This document shows, piece by piece, positions 11,654 through 25,214 of a stretch of DNA of 64,000 nt. The stretch is from NCBI RefSeq assembly GCF_004010195.1, contig NC_057753.1, positions 12,232,842-12,296,841 of the forward strand, written 5' to 3'. Each line of letters starts with the position of its first letter. The stretch's first letter is position 1. The notes below the pieces were generated by a model that did not search any database, had not been told where the DNA came from, and saw only the letters and a program-made list of their open reading frames with translations. Origin of the DNA: Chiloscyllium plagiosum. Taxonomy: Eukaryota. The translations under genes and the position numbers were made by a program.

Positions 11654-12153
11654 NNNNNNNNNNNNNNNNNNNNNNNNNNNNNNNNNNNNNNNNNNNNNNN
11701 NNNNNNNNNNNNNNNNNNNNNNNNNNNNNNNNNNNNNNNNNNNNNNNNNNNNNNNNNNNNNNNNNNNNNNNNNNNNNNNNNNNNNNNNNNNNNNNNNNNN
11801 NNNNNNNNNNNNNNNNNNNNNNNNNNNNNNNNNNNNNNNNNNNNNNNNNNNNNNNNNNNNNNNNNNNNNNNNNNNNNNNNNNNNNNNNNNNNNNNNNNNN
11901 NNNNNNNNNNNNNNNNNNNNNNNNNNNNNNNNNNNNNNNNNNNNNNNNNNNNNNNNNNNNNNNNNNNNNNNNNNNNNNNNNNNNNNNNNNNNNNNNNNNN
12001 NNNNNNNNNNNNNNNNNNNNNNNNNNNNNNNNNNNNNNNNNNNNNNNNNNNNNNNNNNNNNNNNNNNNNNNNNNNNNNNNNNNNNNNNNNNNNNNNNNNN
12101 NNNNNNNNNNNNNNNNNNNNNNNNNNNNNNNNNNNNNNNNNNNNNNNNNNNNN
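11654..12153. other. Assembly gap (N run)
   Basis: 500 N. Confidence 1.
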
Positions 12154-14240
12154 GGTGCGTTACACGCCCCCTGCTACTCTCTGAGTAAAGAAACTAACTC
12201 GGGCATCTGTCCTGTATCTATCACCGTTCAATGTAAAGCAATGTCCAATCGTGCTAACCATCGCCATCCGAGATGAAAAGGCTCTCACTGTCCAAATTAT
12301 CTAACCCTCGGATTATTTTATATGTTTCAATTAAGTCGCCTCTCAACCTTCTTCTCTCCAAAGAAAACAGCCTCAAGTACCTCAGCGTTTCCTCGTCAGA
12401 CCTTCCCTCCAAAGCAGGCAACATCCCAGTAAATGTCCTCTGAACCATTTCCAAATCTTTCACATCCTTCCTACAATGTGGTGACTAGAACTGTAAACAA
12501 CATTCAAAATGTGGCTGCACCAGTGTTTTTTCAAGCTGCAGCATGACTTCATGGCTCGGAAACTCAATCCCTCTACCAATAAAAGTTAACACACCGTCTG
12601 CCTTCTTAAGAACCCTGTCAGGCTGGATGGAAACTTTCAGGGATCTATGTACCTGGACACTGAAATCTCTCTATACTTCCAAGAAACTTACCATTAGCGC
12701 AGTCCTCTGCATTCCTGTTACTCCTTCCAAAATGAATCACATCACACCTTTCCGCATTAAACTCCATTTGCCACCTCTCAGTCCAGTTCTGCAGCTTATC
12801 CACGTCTCTCCAACATCCTTCATCGCGATCCACAACTCTACCGACCTCAGTGTCGTCCCCAAATTTACTAACCCGTCCTTCGATGCCTTGATCCAGGTCA
12901 TTTATACAAATGACAAACAACAGCGGATGCTCAACAGATCCTTGCAGTCTGCCACTAGTAACTGAACTCGAGGATGAACATTTCCCACCAACCATCACCA
13001 TCTGTCTTCTTTCAGCTAGCTATTATCTGATCCAAACGTCTAAATCACCCACAATCTCATGCATTCGTCTTTTGTACACTAGCCTACCATGGGGAACTTT
13101 ATCAAATGCCTTACTTACATCTATATTCAGCTCATCAACCGCTTACACTCATCCACCTGTTGGTCACCAACTCAAAAAACTCAATAAGCTTTGTGAGGCA
13201 CCACCTAACCTTCACAAAACCGCGTGGACTATCCATAACTTATTCATCTCTAGATGATTATAAATCTTATCTCTTACAACCCTTTCCAACACTTTACTTG
13301 CAACCGAAGTAAGGCTAACAGGTGCATAATATCCAGGGTTGTCTCTACTTCCCATCTTTAGTAAGGAAACAACATTTGCTATCCTCCCTCCTTCTGGCAC
13401 TATTCTGGTAGACCATGGTGACATAAAGATCAAAGCCAAATACTGAGCAATCTCCTCCCTGACTTCGCAGAGAATACTTCGCAGATAAATTCCATCCGGC
13501 CCAGGGGACTTATATATTTTTACACTTTCCAGAAATGCTAACACCTCCTCCTTATGCGCCTCAATCCTATCTGGTCTAGTAGCTTTTTCTCAGTGTATTC
13601 CCTGAGCACATTATCTTTTTCTAATGTGAATACTGAAGAAAAGTATTCACTTAGCGCTTCCCCTATTTTCTCTGGCACCACTTACAATTTCCCACCACTA
13701 TGCTTGATTGGCCGTAAACTAACTCTAATCATTCTTTTATTTCTGATATATCCGTAGAAAGCCTTAGGGTTCTCCTTCATCCTGTTCGCCAATGACTTAT
13801 ATGTCCCCTCCTGGCTCTTCTTAGCTCTCTCTTTAGGTATTTCCTGGCTAAAATGTAACTCTCAAGCGTCCAAATTGAGCCATCATAGCTTATTCTAACA
13901 TAAGCCTTCTTCCTCCTCTTGACAATAGATTAAACTTCCTCAATCTACCACGAGCTCCTGCGCTCAAAAACTTCTTCCCTCCCTGACCGGTACATACTTA
14001 TGAAGGGCCCACAGTAGCTGGTACTTGTATAAGCTCCACATTTCAATTGTACCCATCCTTATGCATCCTAAATATTGGCTATTTGCATCTTTCCCCCATC
14101 ATCTTTCCTCTTGCCCTGCGATACATACCGATTCCTTTCCATCACTAAAATCAACATAAACGAATTATGGTGACTATCACCAAAGTGCTCACCTACTTCC
14201 AAACCGAACACCTGGCCGGGTTCATTACCCTGTCCCAAAT
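12154..14240 (-). mobile_element. CR1 LINE ORF2 fragment (endonuclease C-terminal part through RT), decayed
   Basis: KSPGPDGIY, NPGYYAPVSLTSV, QGSVEHPLLFVICINDLD, VSKFGDDT and LFSLERRRLRGDLIE occur in broken frames. Confidence 0.9.
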
Positions 14241-14411
14241 CTAACTTATTTTTAACAGAGACAGCAAACACCAACAGAGTAATGACAAAGTGAAGTTAAG
14301 TGTAATCAATGGCACAGCTCTCCATAGGGGTAGGTGACGTAGTGTCTAGTCTAGTAAAATAAATAGCTGGACATTGTGAGTGAAAACTTTGGGAAGATAT
14401 AAAGTACGATT

Positions 14412-15360
14412 TAGAACATAGAACGTCGAACATCGAGCACAGAACAGTGCAACACAGTACAGGCCATTGGGCCCTCGATATTGTGCCGAACGTTTATCCT
14501 ACTCATTGACCAGACTAATCTACATATCCCTCATTGTACTATCTTCTATGTGCCTATCCAGGAGTCGGTAAAATTTCTCTAAGGTTTCCGATTCTACTAC
14601 CACTGTTGGCAGTGCATTCCACGCGCCAACCACTCCATGTGTAAAGAACCTACCCCTTGAAATCTTGCCTAAACCTTCCTCCAATCAACATAAAATTATG
14701 CCCCCTCGTGATAGCCACTTACACCCTGGGAAAAGGTCTCTGGCTATTCATTGTATCTATTCTACTCATCCTCTTCTACACGTCTATCAAGTCACCTCTC
14801 ATCCTTCTTTGCTCCAATGAGAAAAGCCCTCGCTCTCTCAAATTTGCTTCATACGAAATGCCCTTCAGTCCAGGAAGCATCCTGGTAAGTCTCTTCTGCA
14901 CTACCTCTAAAGCTTCCCCATACTTCCTATCATGAGGTAACCAGAACTGAGCGCAATATTCCAAGTGTGACCTGACCATGGCTCTTTCGAGCTGCAGCAT
15001 AACCTCGTGGCTCTTGAACTCAATCAGTTTACTCATGAAAGCCAAAACACAATACGGCTGTTTCACAACCGTTTTGACTTGGCTGACAGCTTTGAAAGAT
15101 CTATGGACATGGACTCCAAGGTCTCTCTGTTCCTCGATATTGCCAAGAATGCTGCCTTTACCCTGTATTCTGCATTCAAATTCATACTTCCAAAGTGAAT
15201 TTCTTTATACTTTTCCAGGTTGAACTCCATCTGCCACTTCTCAGCCAAGTTCTGCATGCTTTCAATGTCCCGTTGCAACTTGCAACATTCCTCCAAACTC
15301 CCTACCATTCCACATCCCTTCGTATCATCGGCAAATTTACTAACCCAGCTTTCGACTTCC
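14412..15360 (-). mobile_element. 5'-truncated CR1 LINE with 3' tail
   Basis: WVSKFADDTK, HLEYCAQFW and LFSLEQRRMRGDL; ttcta-type tail near 14412. Confidence 0.9.
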
Positions 15361-16120
15361 GCATTCAAGCACACTTTTTACAGGTCAGTGAACATTGAGT
15401 TCAATGTGCAGTTTCACGCCTTCAGTCTGCATCATTGGTAAAATAAATGATTTCTGTATATCTGTGGAAGACCAGTTGATCGTGGATTCTGTGGTTCCAA
15501 CCTCTCCACAAACCTGGTTTTCCGTCTCCATCAACTGAGCCGCTGATGGTTCATATTTCAATTTCTAAGATCGTCAACTTTATCTCTTCAATTGTTTGTT
15601 TTGAAGTGTCAGATTAGTTCACGTATTTACTTTATTTATAAGAGTGCTCTTACTATTTGTGTCAACATTTCTGTCCTCAGATTTTCGAGAACTCATCAGA
15701 ACAAGTTGCAGAGTCAGCTCGCTCACAAATATACGTCTTAAGTTCCTTTCCCATGTGGGGAGTCACATGTAGCTTCTTCAACCGTTACGTGAAATGTTGA
15801 AGGAATGGCAAGTTCACATTTGGAATCCACAATAAGCTGTGTTGGGCATCCATCGATAATCATCAAACAATACTAAAGATGTAAAAAGGCAATAATAAAG
15901 GTGCTCCTCAGATTAGAACATGCTGTGTAGAGGCAACATGAATTATATTACATTTGGTATCTTACAAATCGAAGTGTGTTGCCATATTATTTTCTAAATC
16001 TCACGACTAACCATCCATTTTGGAAAAAAACCCACAACATTTGTCACATTAGGCACTGCTGCAATAGGACAGTGCATCGTTTGATCAACTCAAGTTATTT
16101 CGGTGAAGTACCAATGATAT

Positions 16121-18515
16121 ATTGGAGGATCTGAGCGACAGGAAGAGGCTGAACAGGCTAGGGCTGTTTTCCCTGGAGCGTCGGATGCTGACGGGAGACC
16201 TTATAGAGGTTTACAAAATTATGAGAGGCATGGATAGGATAAATAGACAAAGTCTTTTCCCTGGGGCCGGGGAGTCCAGAACTAGAGGGTATAGGTTTAG
16301 GATGAGAGGGGAAAGATATAAAAGAGACCTAAGGGGCAACTTTTTCACACAGAGGGTGGCATATGTGTGGAATGAGCTGCCAGAGGATGTGGTGGGGGCT
16401 GGTACAATTGCAACATTTAAGAGGCATTTGGATGGGTATATGAATAGGAAGGGTTTGGAGGGATATGGGCCGGGTGCTGGTAGGTGGGACTAAATTGGGT
16501 TGGGATATCTGGTCAGCATGATTGGGATTGTATTATAGAACCACAAATAGTCAGAGGGAAATTGAGAAACAAATTTGTAAGGAGATCTCAGCTATCTGTA
16601 AGAATAATAGGGTAGGTATGGTAGGGGATTTTAAATTTCCAAACATTGACGGGGACTGCCATAGTGTTAAAGGTTTAGATGGAGAGGAATTTCTTAAGTG
16701 TGTGTAAGAAAGGTTTATTTTCAGTATGTGGATGTATCTACTCGAGAAGGTGCAAAACGTGACGTACTCTTGGGAAATAAGTCAGGACAGGTGACTGAAG
16801 TGTCAGTGGGGGAGCACTTTGGGGCCAGTGACCATAATTCTAGTAGATTTAAAATAGTTATGGAAAAGGATAGACCAGATCTAAACGTTGAAGTCCTAAA
16901 TTGAAGAAAGGCCAATTTTGACAGTATTAGGCAAGAACTTTCGAAAGCTGATTGGAGGCAGATGTTCACAGGTAAAGGGACGGCTGGAAAATGGGAAACC
17001 TTCAGAAACGAGATAACAAGAATCCAGAGAAAGTATATTCATGTCAGGGTGAAAGGAAAAGCTGGTAGGTTTAGGGAATGCTGAATGACTAAAGAAATTG
17101 AGGGTTTGGTTAAGAAAAAGAAGGAATCATATGTCAGGTATAGACAGGATCGATCGAGTTTTTCCTTAGGAGAGTATAAAGAAAGTAGGAGTATACTTAA
17201 GGGGGAAATCAGGGGGGCAAAACGGGGACATGAGACCAACATCTTTGTAAATCTTTTCTGAACCCTTTCAATTTTCACAACATCTTTCCGATAGGAAGGA
17301 GACCGGAATTGCACGCAATATTCCAACAGTGGCCTAACCAATGTCCTGTACAACCGCAACATGACCTCCCAACTCCTGTACTCAATACTCTGACCAATAA
17401 AGGAAAACATGCCATACGACGTTTTGACTATCCTATCTACCTGCGACTGCACTTTCAAGGAGCTATGAACGTGCACTCCAAGGTCTCTTTGTTCAGCAAC
17501 TTTCCCTAGGACCTTACCATTAAGTGTATAAGTCCTGCTAAGATTTGCTTTCCCAAAATGCAGCACCTCACATTTATCTNNNNNNNNNNNNGAAAAACAA
17601 CCCTCCACCACCACCCTCTGTCTTCTACCTGTGAGCCAGTTCTGTATTCAAATGGCTAGTTCTCCCTGTATTCCATGAGATCTTACCTTGCTAATCAGTC
17701 TCCCATGGGGAACCTTGTCAAACGCCTTACTGAAGTCCATACAGATCACATCTACTGCTCTGCCCTCAACTTCTTCAAAAAACTCAGTCAAGTTTGTGAG
17801 ACATGTTTTCCCACGCACAAAGCCATGTTGACCATCCCGAATCAGTCCTTGCCTTTCCAAATACATGAACATCCTGTCCCTCAGGATTCCCTCCAACAAC
17901 TTGCTCACCACCGACGTCAGGCTTACCAGTCTATAGTTCCCTGGCTTGTCTTCACCGCCCTTCTTAAACAGTGATTTCACGTTTGCCAACCTCCTGTCTT
18001 CTGGCACCTCACCTATGACTATCGATGATAAAATATCTCAGCAAGAGGCCCAGCAATCACTTCTCTCGCTTCCCACAGAGTTCTCGTGTACACTTGATCA
18101 GGTCCTGGCGATTTGTCCACTTCTAACCGTTTCAAGATATCCAGCACTTCTTCCTCTGTAATCTGGACATTTTGCAAGATGTCAGCATATATTTCCCTGC
18201 AGGGGCCGTGGAGTCCAGAACTAGGGGGCATAGATTGAGGTTAAGAGGGAAAAGATATAAAAGAGACCTAAGGGGCAACGTTTTCACACGGAGGGTGGTG
18301 CGTGTGGGGAATGAGCTGCCAGAGGATGTGGTGGAGGCTGGTACAATTGCAACATTTAGAGGCACTTGGATCGGTATATGAATAGGAAGGGTTTGGAGGG
18401 ATATGGGCCCAGCGCTGGCAGGTGGGACTAGATTGGGTTGGGATATCTGGTCGGCATGGACGGGTGAGACCGAAGGGTCTGTTTCCTTGCTGTACATCTC
18501 TATAATTCTATGAGT
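16121..18515. mobile_element. Rearranged CR1 LINE composite (+ 16121-17235, - 17236-18190, + 18195-18515; 12-N gap at 17580-17591)
   Basis: Endonuclease motifs VGDFKFP and HFGASDHN on plus; RT motifs MDFSKAFDKV and LLEYCVQF on minus; a 3'-end segment is present twice on plus. Confidence 0.88.
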
Positions 18516-20039
18516 CTAAATGTATCCTCACAGGCATCTGCTGTCGTGAAAAGGGACATCTGCAGATTATCAGAAGTTTAATGAGTCCTGTGTCTGTTTA
18601 ATGAATGAATTTAAATCAGTGTGAGAAACTCAGGCTAGAATGTTTTTGTGTAAATATTCACAAGACGCATGTTCTCAATGCCCTGCAGGATCCTATCTCA
18701 TATTGAAAACAAAAGTTTTCAACTTTGGGCCACAAGTCATCCATATGGTCTCCTTCCTTTCAAATCAATACATTGATAGTTCGTCTTCCGATTATGTAAA
18801 ATGTAAGACATAGCTTAATTTTGGAATTTGCTGGTAACATGGCTGAAGTTGTGACGATTACATGAAGAGTATGGATACAAAAATGTTGGAAACCACAGCG
18901 CATCAAGCAGTATTCATGAAGAAAAAAGAAGATGACGTGTGAAGTCTACATGACACATCATCAGCGTTGAAAAATGTAAATAGCATGCACCAAAGTGTTT
19001 ACTTAGTGAGACATGATGACAAATTCTAAAAGGAAATGGTTATTTGTCAACAGATAGGAAGATGTTTCTGATATCCGTGACTCTACAAATAGTTTGTTCT
19101 GGACCGAGGCATCAGTCAACATCCAATCATTTGGCAGATGCATTTTTCTTCATGTCAGCCAATCATCTAACTGCTTCTTTATTCTACAATTCAACACTTC
19201 ATCCAAGAACGGCGCTAAATTTGGTTAAATTGAAATTGGGCTCTCCTGCAGTTAAAACTGATACGACACTTGAAATTTGGATTTTGTTTGTGCCTCGTTC
19301 ATGCAAGGGGGAAAACATCAAACTTCCCTTTTCACAGCAATGCTTAGATTGTTCTTTCAAAACGGGCACTTGATGCAGAGTAGTCACTGGGTTCACCATT
19401 GAAATAGAATTCATTTGAGAATTTGGAGCAGTCAGTGTTTAATGTGGCTGCTTACAATGCACCGAGGTGAAGGAAAAGACAGAAATGTATTCATTTGGTA
19501 GGAAATTTGAGCTACAACCATCAGTAAAAATTGAAAATGAATTAAGGATCCTGACAGTACATTATGATATATGGAAACATGTGTTCTAATGAACACTTGC
19601 TATCAATCTACTTTACAGAGACTGATGTCAGTACAGCGCATTCGCATTGGCCTGAATCAGTGATTGTATACAGAGAAACCGCACTTCTGAGTTTTCCAAC
19701 AGAGCATATTTTGATTCCAATAAAACAATGCCAAGAGTAAGGATTCTTATTGTACATTTGCAGAATCCGTGACCTCGATACAGGCACCCTGCATTAAAGT
19801 CTAACCTAGTCTAAGACTGCGTGTCCAAGGTTGTTTAAAAATGTCTACAATGAGTGTCGCACCCAATGAGCACTGCCAGTAACCATTGACAAACTTCGTG
19901 TCTCTACTTTTCAGAACGGAATGTGGCTCATTGTCGACTCTCTTCTTGCTGGTGATCGTCAATGATGGTGGATGGTCATTTTGCACCTTTGTCCGAACAT
20001 TGTGTCATTGCTTTGGAATGCCTTCCCAATTTAAAACAA

Positions 20040-20395
20040 GTTATGATGTAAGGCATTGTAGAGTGGGTAGCCAAAGACATTTTCCAGGGTGGAAAAATGT
20101 CTTTCACGATGGTGCAATCTTAAGATGATTGGAGGAAGGCTTAGGGGACATGTCAGAGGCAGGTTCTTTGCACAGAGAGTGGTGGGTGCGTCGAATGCAT
20201 TGCCAGCAGTGGTTTTCGAGTCATATACGTTAGGGGCATGCAAGCTACTCTTGGATCAGAACATAAATGATGGTAAAATTGCGTGTGTGTCGCTTAGTTA
20301 AATCTTAGAGTAGGATGAAAGGTCAGTACAAAATGGTGGGCCGAATGGCCGATACTCTGCTGTACTGTTATATGTTCTCCGTTCTGTGTTCTAAT
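20040..20395 (+). mobile_element. CR1 LINE 3' end
   Basis: GHVRGRFFAQRVV..NALP, followed by 3' UTR and a gttct tail. Confidence 0.75.
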
Positions 20396-23300
20396 CTGGT
20401 GTTCGGGCTATTTGTAGTTTGCACAAATATCTGAATATTGGGAATATAGCCAAATTGAGCATGAAATTATGACCACACTTTGCCAATGGGTGCAACCTGT
20501 GTCTGCCCGAGGTAGCTATTTTTAATCAGAACATTTTCAAAATATTTTTTGCGTTTTCGTACTTCAAGTGTAGTACTATTAGCACTCGGCCAGAAAGACT
20601 GTAATCAAAATTCATTGTAATAAAAACAAATGGCTAGAGACTTGTTTCATGCAATGTTCAAATCGTTTGAGGGAAAAAAGAATAATAAAATCTGAAATTA
20701 GTACTCTAATGATGTCTATGAACCCATTGCCACTTGCCAGAAAAAAAACATCTGAGTCACTAACATACTTCAGGGGAGGAAATTGTCATTCTTACCAGGT
20801 CTGATCAACATGTGAATCGACAGCAATGTGATTCTTAACTTGCCTCTGGACAATTAGAGTTGGGCAATAAATACTGCTCTAACCAGCGACGCACATCTCA
20901 TGAATAAGAAGTGATAACAAAGTTGAAATTTGCGATGATGACAGGAGGCACGTGTTCAATTTCGTGTACTAACTCTGAACAGATTGATAAGAAAAAGATA
21001 ACAGCTCTAACGGTGCAGCGATAGTGTCTGGATCATTAAGCCAGGAAATGTCACGTGCTTCAAAGATGACAAATGACACAGCAGAACATGTTGTTTCGAA
21101 AATATGTCAAACAGCATTGCACCTGACAAGAAGGCCTTAAATTTGAGGAGGGAAGCGAAAATGAGGTTATCCTATTTACCTGAGAAGATTGGGGGAAGTC
21201 TCTGGAATAGTGCTGTTCTGATCGACCAAATACACATGGCTGTTTCCAACCAAAGTAATGATGTATCAAACGATGTTTATTACAGAGGAGCGTAAGTTTT
21301 ATTTAGGGCAGTGTGACATTTTTAACTTTCCAAAACAGAGTATCTAAAATGAGAGGTCACAAGATTCTAAAATGAGTCGCTAAAGGAAGTTGTCATTGGT
21401 TGAAAGGTACGGAAAGTATAGGCAATGTGGCTGTGCAATACGATGTAAATAGCATTCCACTTCAACCTGTGCTCGTTTCGCAGTGATTATCCGCCAGCAG
21501 AGAGTGGCACTATACCACACAAAATATAAGATGATTGAATATGGAAAGTTACTGTCACCTTATTAAGTCGTTGTTATGCATTAAGATGTTATATCTCCCA
21601 CTGCTGCTCTCAACGTCTTCTAAACAAAAGCATAATAACTATATTTTGAACTTGTATCTAACCAGATACTTGTGCAGACAGACAGACACACACAGGCAGG
21701 GACATTCAGACACAGACATACGCACACACACACACACACGCACACACACATCAGGAGAATGCACAAGCAGACATTCAGGCACAGACACGTGCACAATGAG
21801 ACATGGCATCATAAAGACAAAGAATTATACAGCACATAAAATATCCTGTGGACCATCCAAACTGCGCTGGTCAATAACGAGTAATTAACTATTTCAATGT
21901 TATCTTCAACATTTGGCCAATTCTCTTGATTACTTGGGATCGCAAGTGCATGTTGATAGAATTATCAAATGTTAACGAGGTTTTTGCCTCTACCATCCTC
22001 AAAGACTGGCTTTCAGATTTTGGAAATCCTTAATTAATGAAAACCCATCACATTTTCCATGAATCTACTGTCTCTTACCTTAAATTTATGCAGCGATCAC
22101 TGAAGCGTCCACCAATGGGAAACATTCGTTCCTGCCCATTCTACCTATTTTGGTCCTGACCTTTCGATTTATAATCCTCATAATTTTATATATACCAACC
22201 AGGACCGCGGAAACTCCTCTGCTCCACGGGTTACAACCCATTACTTTGAATCCACTGGCTGGTTTCCTTCCGGTCGGTGCAATGTTTTCACCTCTGATGT
22301 GCAAACTTTACTGGTTTTGGCAGATCCGCTTTTTCTCTGACTTTGTTTCTTCTTAAGTCAGGAATTCACGTTCATTTAAAAGTTTGTACAAGAAGACTAT
22401 ATCCTCGAATCCTGAACAGTAATTAAAGTGAGGAAATGTCGGCGGAAGAACAAATTCGTCACTACTACAGTACCTGGAAAGATATAGAACAATCGTCTAT
22501 GTTTTGATAATGGTAAGATCCACTGGAAGCCCAAAACCTCGGAGCGGTATCATTGATTTAATTCGCAGTATGCAGACTGGAGCTGGGCAACTGGAAAAAA
22601 AAAGAGGATTCAGAATGATGGAAAAAATTAAGAGTGAAGGAAAGGAATGTGTACCTGGACATGGAGTTCAGCCCTGATATCGTAGCGTTTGTGAGACTGA
22701 GATTTACTGATTTGAAGAAACGAGAGATGATCAGGCATATAAATCATGTGAAGTTTAGACAAGACAGTAGTGTTGTCTCATGTCATATTACGGTTAACTG
22801 AAACTTCATTGAGCTGCTGGAGCGCTAAAAAACTTGGTTGATAGAATCCATCACGCCAAATTGTTGTCCCTTGTTTGCACTTCAGTAATCTATGCAACAA
22901 GATCGGGGCAATTGACAAAAAAGAGAAACACGGTTTCTTTTATACTTTGAAACTTATTATTAATCTAGAATTTACAATGTAAGTTGGTTTTGATTCAATA
23001 CACATAGAAAGAAATAAAATTTGCACAGCTGTAGAAGTGGCAATAGCTATGGCTGTGAAAAGAATACACGACTGTTTCAAAAAGCAGTCACAGACACAAT
23101 GGAAGGAAGAGCTTCCATCTGTATTGTGTAATTATGCAATTTTTGATCTTTTATTCCTTCCTTCTCCATTTGTTCGGCAGTGATGCTGTGCTCAGTGCCA
23201 AGGTGGTCACCGACTTCGCAACATCCACGATTTCTGGATGCAGCTATGTAGAGTTGCAAGCCTTCTGTTCTCAGGTTAAGCAATGAGTTTACTCAGAATT

Positions 23301-23479
23301 GAGACTGTCACCTTGTGATAAGATCATGATTGATCTGACTGTAATCTCCACTCTATGTACCTGTCAAAAAAGCCAGTGGAGAAGATAAAACTGCGTCGAT
23401 AGAACTGATATAATTCGCTGTAATAAGATGGGATATCTAAAGTGAAATTGCTGGAGATGAAAAAGGAAAAGGAATTTTA

Positions 23480-23705
23480 AAGAAAAGTGAGAGGTAGTCT
23501 TTTTTACACAGAAGGTGGTTTGCGTGTGGAATGAACTTCCTGAGGATGTGGAGAATGTGGATACAGTAACAATGTTTACAAACATGAATTGGAAACGTGT
23601 GGAAAGATATGAACCAGGAGCAGGCATGTGGGACTTGTTTAGCTTGGGATTATGTTTGGCATGGACTAGTTGGACTGAAGGGTCTGTTTCAATGCTGTCT
23701 GACTC
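23480..23705 (+). mobile_element. CR1 LINE 3' end
   Basis: VCVWNELPEDVE, then the ggactgaagggtctgtttc 3' UTR. Confidence 0.75.
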
Positions 23706-24284
23706 AATAAAGTGAAAACAAGAACAGAAATTGCTGGAAAAGTTATGGTATGGCAGCAACTGCGGAGACAAACCGCAGTTAACATGTCGGGTCAAGTGAC
23801 CATTCCTCAGATAGTGCTGAGCTTTCCCAGCAGTCTCTATGTTTATTTTCTGACTAATGGTATCCGTGTTTATTTTGTTTTCTTTTTAAATTCTCTAAGT
23901 AAATCAGTGTTGGTAAAAGTGGATACTGTTTTCCTAGAGAATGGAGGGAAAGAGGGAAAATTCTGAGATCCTAATATCTTCTAATACATTTACCATGAGT
24001 GAAATAGATGAGTGAAATAAATAACAATTCTGAAGGGCTTTTGTTTCTGAGAAAGTCACTCCAATTTATTCATCAATGCCAAGAAAGATGTTTTATTTAG
24101 TGTTGCTGAGTCAGCTTAAATCTTATTTGAGAAAGCTTCAGAACTTTTTCCAGAAAAAGTTGATTATATTAACACAGATTATTTTAGAAAGTGTCAGAGT
24201 TACTTGTTAGATTGTAGCTGGAATATTTGAACAGTTTTGGACCCCATATCTAAGGAAAGATATAGTGGCATTGGGGACTGTTTC

Positions 24285-25210
24285 CAAGGAACAAAGAACA
24301 ATGCAATGCCAAGCCTGCGATGCCACATTTTGCACTTTCATACTAAAGCTGCCTTCACTTCCATGATCCGTGTTCCTCTATTCCCTTCCTATTCATGTAT
24401 TCATGCAGGTGTTTCTTGAATTCTGCTACTGTCTGCTTCCACCATCTCCTCGGGCAGCAGCACATTCAAGGCACTCATCACCCTTTGTGTGAAACACTTA
24501 CCTCGCAAAGCTCTCTTAAACCCTCTCCCCTCGCACGCTGAACCTGTGTCCCCTACTAATTGACCCCTCCATCCTGGGAGAAGTCCTTACACTTTCCACT
24601 CTATCCATGCCATTTGCAATATTAAGAAGTCTACCAGGTCGCCCCTCAACCTCCTGCGTTCCATTGAAAACGATCCTAATACATCCAACCTTTCGTTACA
24701 GTTAAACTTGTTCCTAACCAGGCAACGTCATTGCAAACCTTTTCCCCACTTTGCCGACTTCCTTCTGGTAGTATGATGAACAGAACCATATCAATATTTC
24801 AAGTGTGGCCTAATTGAAGTTCATAATGCTGCAGCATACCTTTCAGTCCTTATATTCTTGTCCATTCCAATGAAGGCAAGCATGTCATAGGCCTTTGCTT
24901 TGCTACCTTATCTACCAGCACTGCCAGCTTCAGTGATCTGTGGATGTGCACACCCAGATCACTCCGCATATCAAACCTTCAACATGTTCTGGCATTCACT
25001 TCATAATTTTCAGCAGAACTTGATTTACCAAAATGCATCGCCTCACATCTGTCTAGATAAAATTCCATCTGCCTTTTTACTGCCCATGCCTCCAACTGAT
25101 CTATATTCTGATATATTCTCGGACAGCCCTCTTTACTATTCGCAACTCCATCAATATTTGTAAGCTCCTCTAAATTATTTATTAGAACAGCTACGTTTTC
25201 CTTCAAATCA
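24285..25210 (-). mobile_element. CR1 LINE 3' fragment
   Basis: IDQLEAWAVKRQMEFYLDRCEAMHFGK. Confidence 0.8.
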
Positions 25211-25214
25211 TTTT

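Noticed and set aside
11638-12276. Long ORFs across N runs (also 52498-53022)
   Set aside because: Assembly gaps, not coding sequence.
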